NCBI GenBank assembly: GCA_041649575.1
Contig: JBAZMW010000003.1
Coordinates: 159,559-191,558, forward strand
Direction: 5' to 3'
DNA length: 32,000 bases
Source: Patescibacteria group bacterium
GTDB taxonomy: Bacteria; Patescibacteriota; Patescibacteriia; 2-01-FULL-39-33
The notes under the pieces are model-generated. The model had not been told where the DNA came from. It did not search any database and was given only the letters and a program-made list of their open reading frames with translations. Within the stretch, counting starts at the first letter, position 1. Each line of letters starts with the position of its first letter. Below, piece by piece: positions 18,488 through 28,995 of this stretch. Position numbers and translations under genes: made by a program.

Positions 18488-19324
18488 TTAATCTTCTGCT
18501 TTAGGTTTTGAATTTTTACGCCTCGACTCGCCGAAGGCGAGACAAGTAGCTTTGACTTTCAATATCCCTACGCCAGCTATGATTAATAGAACACTGATTA
18601 TTTGCGGCAGCCTGATTCCCCACCACAGAGCCGTCTCGTCGATACGGATAAACTCCATAAAAAATCTGATCAGCCCATAGCCGATAAAATAAATGGCCAA
18701 GAGCGACCCTGGCCGGCAGTTGTTTTTTCTGGCCAAAAGAAACAAGATCAAAAACAAAACAAAATCCAAAACAGATTCATACAAAAAAGCGGGCTGGAAA
18801 TATCGGTTTGACAAAAAAATTTCCGGACGATTTTTCGGTTCGATGGGAATGCCCCAGGGCAAGTTGGTGGGCCGACCAAACAACTCTTGATTGAAATAAT
18901 TGCCCCAGCGGCCAATGGCCTGGCCCAGGGCCAGAGCGGGAGCAGCCAAGTCGACTACTTGCCAAAAGGAAATTTTCTTTTTTCGGCTCCAAAAAATTAC
19001 CACGATGATGCCGCCAATAATGGCGCCATGAATCGCCAGGCCGCCTTGCCAAATTTTAAAAATCTCCGGCAAGTTGTGACTGTAATAGGACCAATCCAAA
19101 ACAAAAACCTGATAAAGACGGGCGCCCAAAATACCGCCGACAGCCAGCCAAAGGCCCAGGTCTAAAGCCAGCTCAAATTTTAGGCCTCTTCTTTTGGCCA
19201 GAGAGCCGGCGACCAGAATGCCCAGAAGCAAGCCCAAGACGATTATCAGACCATACCAGCGAAACGAGAGCGGCCCAAACTGGAAGATAATCGGCTGCGG
19301 ATAAAAATAATGAAAAAAATTCAT
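18488..19324 (-). CDS. lgt: Prolipoprotein diacylglyceryl transferase
   Basis: SFRWYGLIIVLGLLLG, IWQGGLAIHGAIIGG, GQAIGRWGNYFNQELFGRPTNLPWG, QPAFLYES. Confidence 0.96.
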   Translation of the reverse strand: MNFFHYFYPQPIIFQFGPLSFRWYGLIIVLGLLLGILVAGSLAKRRGLKFELALDLGLWLAVGGILGARLYQVFVLDWSYYSHNLPEIFKIWQGGLAIHGAIIGGIIVVIFWSRKKKISFWQVVDLAAPALALGQAIGRWGNYFNQELFGRPTNLPWGIPIEPKNRPEIFLSNRYFQPAFLYESVLDFVLFLILFLLARKNNCRPGSLLAIYFIGYGLIRFFMEFIRIDETALWWGIRLPQIISVLLIIAGVGILKVKATCLAFGESRRKNSKPKAED

Positions 19325-19359
19325 ATCTTAAAGTATAACAGAAAAATAAAAAAAATCGA

Positions 19360-19381
19360 CCCCCGAACCGGAGTTCGGGGG
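19360..19381 (-). terminator. Minus-strand intrinsic terminator
   Basis: CCCCCGAAC/GTTCGGGGG stem with an A-rich run at 19343-19356 that reads as a U tract on the minus strand. Confidence 0.75.
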
Positions 19382-19425
19382 AATTAAAGCTTTGACCAAA
19401 GAAGTTCGCTTGGAGCAGTACAGGA

Positions 19426-19743
19426 TTACGTGGTGCCGCAATAGGCTGGCCGGTGGGAGCTGCGTCGCACAGTTCCTCTTGGCGGCCTTTCGGCTCTCCT
19501 GATCCGAGGGCGCTGAAGCGTGTTGGAGACTATCTGGTAGCCTCTCGCGACCAAGTCGCGGATGAATGCCTTCACCCTTCCACGTCCTTTCACCAGTGCC
19601 ATATGCAGCTGATCCTTCAAATCCCGATACCTGACAAGATACCTTCTCATGCGCCATCGCTCCTTATGTTTTCCTCTGCCAGAATGCCCTATACTCATTT
19701 TCGACCAATCGGTTATGACCCTCCTTTCCAATGTCCACAGCAT
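19426..19743 (-). CDS. Hypothetical basic protein; actual start may be downstream
   Basis: Arg-rich ORF with its own promoter and terminator. The promoter sits so close to ATG 19743 that an internal start (MRRYLVRYRD, AAGGAG upstream) is likelier. Confidence 0.5.
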   Translation of the reverse strand: MLWTLERRVITDWSKMSIGHSGRGKHKERWRMRRYLVRYRDLKDQLHMALVKGRGRVKAFIRDLVARGYQIVSNTLQRPRIRRAERPPRGTVRRSSHRPAYCGTT

Positions 19744-19751
19744 GATTGTTT

Positions 19752-19780
19752 ATCATAGCACCAGGCAGGAGGTTTGTCAA
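19752..19780 (-). promoter_or_regulatory. Promoter with TGC-extended -10
   Basis: Minus strand TTGACA, 17-bp spacer ending GGTGC, TATGAT. Confidence 0.65.
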
Positions 19781-19802
19781 ACTTATCTTAAAGAAACTAC
19801 GT

Positions 19803-21263
19803 TTAAACGGTTTCCACCTTGACCAAATTGGTCTTGCCCTGGCGGCCAAACGGATGGCCGGTGACAATAATTATGGTCTCGCTTTTTTTGGCCAGCTTGG
19901 CTGTTTGCACCAATGTCTTGATTTTGGCAATCAGGGCTTCGAAAGAATTAACCAGCGGCAAAACAAAAGCGCTCACCCCCCAGCTTAGGGACAGCTGATT
20001 GGCGGTAAAAACTGAGGGAGTCAGGGCAATGATAATGGCTTTGGGTCGAAAGCTGGAAATGTTTCTGGCGGTGGCGCCGGAAACCGTGGCGCAGGCAATC
20101 AACTTGACCTTAGTCAAATCCTCGGCCAAATCCTGGGCCACAAAACTCATTATTTTATTAAGCGATTGATTTTTGTATTTGTTTTCTTTGGCTTCTTGCT
20201 CCTCTATCTCCCTGGCCTCGATTTCTTTGGCAATGCGCGACATCGCCGCCACGGCTCTAAGCGGATACTGACCGGTGGCGGTCTCTCCCGAAAGCATGAT
20301 GGCGTCGGTGCCGTCTAAAACGGCGTTGGCCACATCGGAAACTTCGGCGCGCGTCGGCAAAGGATTTCTGATCATCGAATCGAGCATTTGGGTGGCGACA
20401 ATCACCGGCTTGCCGGCTTGCCGGCATTCGTCGATAATCTTTTTTTGAATCAGAGGCAAGTCCTCAAAGGGCAGCTCGATGCCCAAGTCGCCGCGGGCGA
20501 TCATAATGGCGTCGGCCGCCGCCAAAATTTGCGAAAAATTCTTCACCGCTTCGCGGCGTTCGATTTTGGCAATAAGCTTGGTGTGCGCGCCACTAGTCTT
20601 GCTGCTGCCAGCCGGATAATATTTTTTTTCCAGAGCAAAAATCTTTTTTCTTAAATTGACAATGTCTTTGGCGTCTTTGACAAAAGAGAGGGCGATAAAA
20701 TCAACTTTGTTTTTGACGCCAAAATCGACATCGGCTAAATCCTTTTTGGTCAGTGGCGGACACTTGATAAGCGATTTAGGAAAATTCATGCCTTTGTGGG
20801 ATTTGATGATGCCGCCGGTGATCACTTTGCAGACAATAGTGTCATTTTTGATTTTGGTGACGCTTAACTCAATGGTGGCGTCGTCGATTAAAACCGGCTG
20901 ACCCGCCTTGAGGTCGCGGTATAGCTCTTTATATTGAATGGGAACGACGACAGCGGATTGGGACGACACTTGGCGCTTTGGGGGCACTAAAAAAACTTCC
21001 TGGCCGCGGCTGACTTTCAGGCCGGCTTGGCCCACTTCGCCGATACGAATACGCGGCCCCTGCAAATCCTGAATAATGGCCAGCTGGCTTTTCAGGCTTT
21101 TGGCCACGGAACGCAAATTACCGATAAGCAACCGGTGGTGCTTGTAGCTGCCATGGGAAAAATTAAGACGCGCCACATTCAGGCCGGCTTTGATCATTTT
21201 TTCCATAATGATTTTGGTCTGAGAAGCCGGGCCAATGGTGGCTACGATTTTGGTGCGTTTCAT
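19803..21263 (-). CDS. pyk: Pyruvate kinase
   Basis: MKRTKIVATIGPASQT, GLNVARLNFSHGSY, IMIARGDLGIELP, VIVATQMLDSMIRNPLPTRAEVSDVANAVLDGTDAIMLSGETATG. Confidence 0.97.
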   Translation of the reverse strand: MKRTKIVATIGPASQTKIIMEKMIKAGLNVARLNFSHGSYKHHRLLIGNLRSVAKSLKSQLAIIQDLQGPRIRIGEVGQAGLKVSRGQEVFLVPPKRQVSSQSAVVVPIQYKELYRDLKAGQPVLIDDATIELSVTKIKNDTIVCKVITGGIIKSHKGMNFPKSLIKCPPLTKKDLADVDFGVKNKVDFIALSFVKDAKDIVNLRKKIFALEKKYYPAGSSKTSGAHTKLIAKIERREAVKNFSQILAAADAIMIARGDLGIELPFEDLPLIQKKIIDECRQAGKPVIVATQMLDSMIRNPLPTRAEVSDVANAVLDGTDAIMLSGETATGQYPLRAVAAMSRIAKEIEAREIEEQEAKENKYKNQSLNKIMSFVAQDLAEDLTKVKLIACATVSGATARNISSFRPKAIIIALTPSVFTANQLSLSWGVSAFVLPLVNSFEALIAKIKTLVQTAKLAKKSETIIIVTGHPFGRQGKTNLVKVETV

Positions 21264-21275
21264 AAAAATTAATTT

Positions 21276-21599
21276 TTACAACTTGATGGTTTTGACAATC
21301 CAATCGCCCAGGCTTTTGGCTGGCTGGGCTAAAAGGGGCAGGCCCCATTTCTCTCCCTGCAATGCCTTGATGATGCCAATGATAGCCAAAATGCCAATCA
21401 AAATATTGATCATCCAGCCAAAGACCGGGATCAGCATCAAGACCACGGAAACCACAAACAACAAAACTCCCTGACTGGCGTGGAAGCGGACGAAGTCGCT
21501 TTTTTTCCTGACGGCCAGAGCCACCAGGCTTAGGATCCAAAGATAGCTAATGGCACCCCAGATTTTTTCTTCTTGAGAGACGGATTTTTGTTCCGGCAT
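21276..21599 (-). CDS. DUF4870-like small membrane protein
   Basis: KSDFVRFHASQGVLLFVVSVVLMLIPVFGWMINILIGILAIIGIIKALQG. Confidence 0.7.
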   Translation of the reverse strand: MPEQKSVSQEEKIWGAISYLWILSLVALAVRKKSDFVRFHASQGVLLFVVSVVLMLIPVFGWMINILIGILAIIGIIKALQGEKWGLPLLAQPAKSLGDWIVKTIKL

Positions 21600-21616
21600 A
21601 GTTTTGAAATTATTTT

Positions 21617-22045
21617 TTAATTTTTGTTTTTGGAATGAAAAATAAAAACTACCAGTAGCGGCACCAGCGCTCCCACTACAGCCACCAAAACGGTTTCGGT
21701 AATCAGATTAAAAAGTTTCCACAACTGGAAACCGTCGAAAAGCCTGAAAATCGCGACTACCAAGCCGATGACCAGGCCGGCGCAACCGCCAGCGATGGCG
21801 GCAATAGGCAAGCTGCGGCCAAAAACCTTAATCACCCGCCAGCCGATAAGCAAAAAAATGATTAGTCTGATAATCCAGGCCAGCAGCTCGTTTTGGCTAA
21901 AAATGATTCCCGCCTCGAAATTTCTGGACCAGCTGCGGAAAGCCAATTCCAGAATCAGAGCCAAAAGCAGCCACCATTTGATAAAAGAAAAATAAACGGT
22001 GAAATCTATCGGCTCCCAGGTTTTTTTTGCTTTGATTTCTGACAT
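21617..22045 (-). CDS. Hypothetical membrane protein
   Basis: 142 aa with four hydrophobic segments. Confidence 0.65.
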   Translation of the reverse strand: MSEIKAKKTWEPIDFTVYFSFIKWWLLLALILELAFRSWSRNFEAGIIFSQNELLAWIIRLIIFLLIGWRVIKVFGRSLPIAAIAGGCAGLVIGLVVAIFRLFDGFQLWKLFNLITETVLVAVVGALVPLLVVFIFHSKNKN

Positions 22046-22084
22046 CCACTATTATTATAGCTTATCGGCGGGAATAAAAAAACC

Positions 22085-22102
22085 CTCCCGCTTAAGCGGG
22101 AG
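22085..22102 (-). terminator. Terminator downstream of groEL
   Basis: Perfect palindrome CTCCCGCTTAAGCGGGAG, U tract on the minus strand. Confidence 0.75.
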
Positions 22103-22126
22103 AATTTTTTATTCTTAAAAAATTTT

Positions 22127-23827
<1,701 letters not shown>

Positions 23828-23831
23828 TTAA

Positions 23832-24107
23832 TTATTCAATCACCGCGAGCACATCCTCGTGGCTAAGAATCTTGTATTCTTGCTCGTCGACCTTAACCTC
23901 TTCGCCGGCGTATTTGCCGAACAAAACGCGCTGACCCGCTTTTAATTCCAGTTTATCGATTTTTTCTCCCTTGCCGAGGGCGACAATTTCACCCTCCGCC
24001 TTTTTTTCCTTGTCAATCGTCTCGGGCAGCACGATGCCGGATTTGGTGACTTCCTCTTCTTTTAACGGCTTGACCAAAACACGATCGCCAATTGGTTTGA
24101 TAGTCAT
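23832..24107 (-). CDS. groS: Co-chaperonin GroES
   Basis: MTIKPIGDRVLVKPLKEEEVTKSGIVLPETIDKEKKAEGEIVALGKG...VLFGKYAGEEVKVDEQEYKIL. Confidence 0.97.
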   Translation of the reverse strand: MTIKPIGDRVLVKPLKEEEVTKSGIVLPETIDKEKKAEGEIVALGKGEKIDKLELKAGQRVLFGKYAGEEVKVDEQEYKILSHEDVLAVIE

Positions 24108-24142
24108 ATTTTCTGTTTAAATTATTAATTATTTTAGAAAGT

Positions 24143-24169
24143 TTAGCACTCTATTATTTAGAGTGCTAA
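24143..24169. promoter_or_regulatory. CIRCE operator (HrcA-binding)
   Basis: TTAGCACTC-TATTATTTA-GAGTGCTAA: perfect 9-9-9 inverted repeat directly upstream of groES. Confidence 0.97.
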
Positions 24170-24244
24170 CACTTGACTTTGGTATTTTAAACCATAAAAA
24201 AACACCTGTCAAGAGGCGGTTTTTGGGCTTAATTTCAAAAATTT

Positions 24245-25273
24245 TCAGACCAACCGATTTTTGACAACTTCTCTTATTCCCCTCGAGAAATTGCAACCGA
24301 TGATTCGGCAATACTTCCGGCAAGAAACAATTTGCTTTCTTTCGGCTTTAGCTGGATGGCTGTTTAAAATATTTTTTAAAGAATTATTTTTCAAATTGCC
24401 AATGGTCGCCCCCTTGAAACATAAAGCCACCGCGCCAGCAGGATAAACCACCACGCTGCGCTGGCCGGCAAAACAACGAAAAGCCAAAACGCTTGGCGGA
24501 TTCAAATAATAATTTTCTATCGCCTTAATGTTGGCCGGAGAATTTTTGATTTTGGGGCGATGAGCGTAGAGCCAGGAAAAAAATTTTTTGACTTCTGCGG
24601 CAGACGGCCAGAGATCGTTTAATAAAAAAATATGTTTTCTGTCCTTGGCGGCCAGCGATTCCACGCTTTCATCCAGCGGCTGCAAAATGACAGCCGTATT
24701 GGTCAGGGAATTCAAATGCTCAATCAGTTCCGGCAAACCGTCAATATTTTGTTTGGCGATCAAAATACCAACCTCCAGTTTTATCCGGCTTTTTTCTAAC
24801 AAACCGATTGCCCGCCTGGCCGCTTCATAACTGGTGCCGGTGCCGCGCAAAAAATTGTGAGCTTCCTGCTCCAAGCTGTAGAAAGAAATTTTAATGGCGT
24901 CCAGGCCGGCGTCCTCCAACTCTTTGACCAGCTCAGCGCCCAGCAGCAACCCGTTAGAATTTAGAGTGACCAAAAAAAAGTGTTTTTTGAGTTCTTTAAT
25001 TAAAGCCAAGGCCAATTCCGGCCTGGTCAGCGGCTCTCCCCCGTTTAATTCGACAAAAGTCCGCGGCGGCAGAGTGGCCGCTAAATCTTTGACGATTTTT
25101 AGCCAGTCGGCGACAGTCAGCTCGTCGGAATTTTCTTGCTGCCAAATAGAGCAAGTCCGGCAACGGAGATTACACCTGAAAGTAAGCAGCAAACTCAAAG
25201 ATTCCGGCGGAACAAAACTCCTGTTAGTGGCATAGCCGGCTGCTAAAAAAATTTTTTTTAAAGCTTTATTCAT
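24245..25273 (-). CDS. Radical SAM protein with SPASM-like C-terminus
   Basis: LTFRCNLRCRTCSIWQ (CxxxCxxC), VELNGGEPLTR, C-terminal Cys cluster CFAG...CFKG...CRKYCRIIGC. Confidence 0.88.
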   Translation of the reverse strand: MNKALKKIFLAAGYATNRSFVPPESLSLLLTFRCNLRCRTCSIWQQENSDELTVADWLKIVKDLAATLPPRTFVELNGGEPLTRPELALALIKELKKHFFLVTLNSNGLLLGAELVKELEDAGLDAIKISFYSLEQEAHNFLRGTGTSYEAARRAIGLLEKSRIKLEVGILIAKQNIDGLPELIEHLNSLTNTAVILQPLDESVESLAAKDRKHIFLLNDLWPSAAEVKKFFSWLYAHRPKIKNSPANIKAIENYYLNPPSVLAFRCFAGQRSVVVYPAGAVALCFKGATIGNLKNNSLKNILNSHPAKAERKQIVSCRKYCRIIGCNFSRGIREVVKNRLV

Positions 25274-26597
25274 TTAGTTTTTGATTGCTAAGAGACAGGG
25301 CGCCGGCCAGAAAAAAAGCGGCCAGACCGGCCAACTGGGTTATCAGATAATGATCGAACAAACCGACAAGAAGCAACGCCAAGAAAGCCGGCAGAAAAAA
25401 ATAATTTTTTTGGCGCCAAGCCAGCATAACGGCAGTGACAACAAAAATTAAAAAAGCCGTCAAGCCAAAAATTCCCGTCTCGGAAAAAATCAACAGGTAA
25501 ATATTATGTACCGGCTGAAAATCATAAGCCGGCAATTTTGGATTGTTTTGATAAAGCTGATAGGTGTAGTTGCCGCCACCGACACCCAGGAGCCAATGAC
25601 CGGCTATAAACTTTTTGGCCTGGGATAAAGAAACCGTCCTCTCGGCGATTGACTTTTGTTCCAAGCGGCCTTGGGCTTCGAGCCTGGCAGACGCCAAGGG
25701 CCAATAAATCAAAACTAGAATCAAAGACAAGGCAGCCAGATAAACAGTGAGTTTCGCTAAGTTCGCTCTGGCTGTTTTGACTCGGAAAAAATAAATCAGC
25801 AAAAAAATTAGAAAACCAAACAACAATCCCAGCCAAGCGCTGCGGGAAAAACTAAAAAATAAGCCGGCTAGATCCAAAATCAGAAACAGCAAAGCCAGTA
25901 ATCGCGCCTGGCTCTTGGCGCTGTTGAAATATAAAAATAAAGTGGCGAAGATGGCCAGGAGCAAAAAACCGCCCAAGATATTGGGGTGGGCAAAGGCGCC
26001 GTAAGCTCTTAGCCAGCGGCCGTCGGCAGTCTCCACCACCATCGCGCCCAGCTCGCGCGCCAAGTGCTGGGAAATTCCCAGCCACTTGTTGGCAACGATG
26101 GTTTGAGTCAAAAATTGCCAAATTGCCAAGACAGCCTGTAGCGCTCCGCCAGCCGCCAGGGCCCAACAAATTTTTTGTTTTTTGACTCCGGAGGTTAAAA
26201 TGATAAAAAACAACAAAACCGCTTCTACCAGATGAAACCAACTGTAAAAAGCGGCGGCCGTATCTGATGACCAAAAAATAGACAACAAATTCCAAATTAC
26301 AAAAAATAAAAGACTCAAGACAACGGCAGAACTTAAAGTTAAAAACTTAAAATTTAAAGCTTTTTGTTTTAAGCTTTGAATTTTTAATTTTACGTTTAAC
26401 CCGGCCCATAAAAAAATTATCAGCCACAATAAAATCTCCGTGGCAAAAATCAGCCCCGTGCCATACTGCCACTTGGCGCCGTTTAAGACTCTTTCCTGAA
26501 AAATCCAAACAGTTTGCCAAGGCAACAGGAAAACCAAGGCCAGCAACAAATAACTGACTGGTTTTTCTAAGTTTTCTGGTTTACAAAAGAGAGACAT
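25266..26597 (-). CDS. O-antigen ligase / Wzy-like polymerase family membrane protein
   Basis: Multi-TM, with FFSFSRSAWLGLLFGFLIFLLIYFF and GVGGGNYTYQLYQNNPKLPAYDFQPVHNIYLLIFSETGIFG. Confidence 0.85.
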   Translation of the reverse strand: MSLFCKPENLEKPVSYLLLALVFLLPWQTVWIFQERVLNGAKWQYGTGLIFATEILLWLIIFLWAGLNVKLKIQSLKQKALNFKFLTLSSAVVLSLLFFVIWNLLSIFWSSDTAAAFYSWFHLVEAVLLFFIILTSGVKKQKICWALAAGGALQAVLAIWQFLTQTIVANKWLGISQHLARELGAMVVETADGRWLRAYGAFAHPNILGGFLLLAIFATLFLYFNSAKSQARLLALLFLILDLAGLFFSFSRSAWLGLLFGFLIFLLIYFFRVKTARANLAKLTVYLAALSLILVLIYWPLASARLEAQGRLEQKSIAERTVSLSQAKKFIAGHWLLGVGGGNYTYQLYQNNPKLPAYDFQPVHNIYLLIFSETGIFGLTAFLIFVVTAVMLAWRQKNYFFLPAFLALLLVGLFDHYLITQLAGLAAFFLAGALSLSNQKLNE

Positions 26598-27537
26598 ATT
26601 TTTTTTGAACCGCCTGCAAATACTGAAACCGGCGATCGTTTTCGTGGAATTTAAGCATGGCGTCGCTTATCACCACCCGGCCATCGCCCAGCCTGGCCAA
26701 AGACAACTTGGCTGGTGATAATTTTTTGAGCTGCAATTTTTTGGCAAGCGACTCGGCCCAATTGCCCAGCCGGCCGGCCAGCGGCCACTGCCAAAAAATT
26801 TTCCAGCCGCGAGAAAAAGAGCCACCACTAATCTGCCTGACGCCGCTGGGCGCAAAACCAAAAGTGTGCGGCAAAAATTCTTTTAGCCAAGAATTGGCGA
26901 CGAACAAATCATCGGCCGCCGACTGGCCAAAGACCGGCACTAAATTGGTCAGCCAATAGCCTAGATACAAATCATGGCCAGTGATTTTAACAGACGAGAG
27001 GTCGAGATTGTTTTCGGCCGTATAAAAACTAAGGCAAAAGCGGTCGGCCTGCTGATCGGCGCTGGGCCTAAGACCAAGCAAGGTAATGATTGCGGTGGCC
27101 AGGAGACGGACCAAATACAGCCGGCCGGGACTAACCACCAAAAATAAATCGATGTCGCTGTCTTGGCGCAGATTATTAAAACCGAAATTATTGCACAGAG
27201 CCACTGTTTGGACAAAGGGGCAAGCGGCCAAAGCCCGCAAACCTCTCTCGGCCAGCTGGTATTTTTGTTTGGTTAATTGATAGCGCTCTAAACGAGCGGC
27301 TGGTAGCGACTCGCGGCCAAGGAGAAAATAAAAACCGTTCTTGAATCCCAGGCGAGACCGCAAAAAATCACTCTGCGCCAAACAACTAACCGTAGTCCCA
27401 AGCTCCAGCGCCACTGCCTCTGGCTGTTCTTCGATTATTAACCATTTATAAATCTCCCAACTGGTCAGAGGGTAGTCAAATAAATCAAAATAGCAGACGG
27501 TTTTCAAAATTGCTTGTTCCAAAACGGTTATCGGCAT
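26581..27537 (-). CDS. Nucleotidyltransferase-domain protein (Pol-beta-like)
   Basis: VQTVALCNNFGFNNLRQDSDIDLFLVVSPGRLY with a DxD-like motif; overlaps the O-antigen ligase-like gene. Confidence 0.7.
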   Translation of the reverse strand: MPITVLEQAILKTVCYFDLFDYPLTSWEIYKWLIIEEQPEAVALELGTTVSCLAQSDFLRSRLGFKNGFYFLLGRESLPAARLERYQLTKQKYQLAERGLRALAACPFVQTVALCNNFGFNNLRQDSDIDLFLVVSPGRLYLVRLLATAIITLLGLRPSADQQADRFCLSFYTAENNLDLSSVKITGHDLYLGYWLTNLVPVFGQSAADDLFVANSWLKEFLPHTFGFAPSGVRQISGGSFSRGWKIFWQWPLAGRLGNWAESLAKKLQLKKLSPAKLSLARLGDGRVVISDAMLKFHENDRRFQYLQAVQKKYVSLL

Positions 27538-27807
27538 ATCTTCTACTTTATCATAAAACTTATTTATTTTACATTGACATTAAAACCGCAAAATTCTATA
27601 ATTAAAATCAGCTGCGGTTAATAAAATTGTTTATTTATAACTAATTAACAAGAATCTATTTCTCTCCAGTTAAAGAAAATTTTAACCAAGCTGCTGGCTG
27701 GATCGATAAAAACTGTTGAGATTATCTTTCGACTTTTCGCCAGGCTTTTTAGTGTTCTAAAAGGCCCGTTTTTATTTTGCGCTGAAATCATCCTCAAAAT
27801 AATAATT

Positions 27808-28995
27808 TTGCCGATTTACGGCCGCTACCTCTGGCTAAAAACCAAGCTGGCAAAAAAAACCAACCGCGCCAGCGAAAAAATAATTTTGGTTTTTACCAAT
27901 CGCTATATCATTCATCTACTGGTGCTGGCCATCGGTTTGTTAGTAGTGGGCGTTAATGTTTTGGCCTATGAGACACGCGAGGATTACGGCAAGAACGCCT
28001 TGATTTATAAAATAGTGGGGCTGGAAGACACCTATTTCACCGAAGACACCAGCGGTTCGCAAGAAGAATCTGTGGTTTATAGTTATTTGGAAAAAAACTC
28101 CCAGTTGCAAAGCGAGCCGGCCAGCGCCAACACTGCAGAAACAGATGACGAAATCGACCAATCAGCTTTTGAATTGACACAGGGAGGAGCGGCCCTGGTC
28201 AAACCGGAATTGGCCAGCACCGAAGAAGCCAAAATTGGCGTTAAGGGGCTTAGAAACTACAAAGTGGCGGAGGGCGACACCATCAGCAGTATCGCCGGCA
28301 AATTCGATATTTCCGTTAACACCGTTCTTTGGGCCAATAACTTATCCTTGAATTCTTACATTAAGCCAGGCCAGCAGCTGATTATCCCGCCGGTAAGCGG
28401 CGTAGTCCACACCGTCAAAAAAGGAGACACCCTGGCCAAGATAGCCCAAAGCTATAAAGGCGAATTGGCCCGGATAAAAGATTTCAATAATTTGGATGAT
28501 GAGACCGCTTTAATCGCCGGCGAAAAAATAATCGTGCCGGGCGGAATAATTGTTACCGCCAGAACACCGGCTTACACCCAGGTGGTCACCACCAGAACCG
28601 CCAGTCCGTCAACAATCAATGTGCCTGTCAGCGGCAAAATGGCCTGGCCCAACTCTTGCTACCGTATCACCCAATACTACAAAGGCTGGCGCCATGCGGG
28701 CGTGGATATCGCCTGTCCCTGGGGGGTGGCCATACGAGCGGCCCAGGCCGGCAAAGTCATCAGAGTTCAATATGGCCGAACCGGCTACGGCTATAATATT
28801 ATCATCGACCATGGCGGCGGCAAACAGACCCTCTATGGCCATTTGAGCCGAATCGACGTGGAAGTCGGAGAGTGGGTGGAAAAAGGAGAAGCCATTGCCG
28901 CCGAAGGTTCGACCGGCCGTTCCTCCGGACCGCATTTACATTTTGAGGTGCGCGTTGGCGGCTCGACGGTTAATCCTTTGAGTTATATCAGATAG
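27808..28995 (+). CDS. LysM x2 / M23 family metallopeptidase
   Basis: LysM repeats (YKVAEGDTISSIAGKFDISVNTVLWANNL; HTVKKGDTLAKIAQSY) and M23 motifs HAGVDIACPWG, DHGGGKQTLYGHLS, GRSSGPHLHFEV. TTG start. Confidence 0.93.
   Translation: MPIYGRYLWLKTKLAKKTNRASEKIILVFTNRYIIHLLVLAIGLLVVGVNVLAYETREDYGKNALIYKIVGLEDTYFTEDTSGSQEESVVYSYLEKNSQLQSEPASANTAETDDEIDQSAFELTQGGAALVKPELASTEEAKIGVKGLRNYKVAEGDTISSIAGKFDISVNTVLWANNLSLNSYIKPGQQLIIPPVSGVVHTVKKGDTLAKIAQSYKGELARIKDFNNLDDETALIAGEKIIVPGGIIVTARTPAYTQVVTTRTASPSTINVPVSGKMAWPNSCYRITQYYKGWRHAGVDIACPWGVAIRAAQAGKVIRVQYGRTGYGYNIIIDHGGGKQTLYGHLSRIDVEVGEWVEKGEAIAAEGSTGRSSGPHLHFEVRVGGSTVNPLSYIR

Noticed and set aside
24129-24323. 64-aa minus-strand ORF over the CIRCE region
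   Set aside because: Lies on the groES promoter/operator with no coding features.
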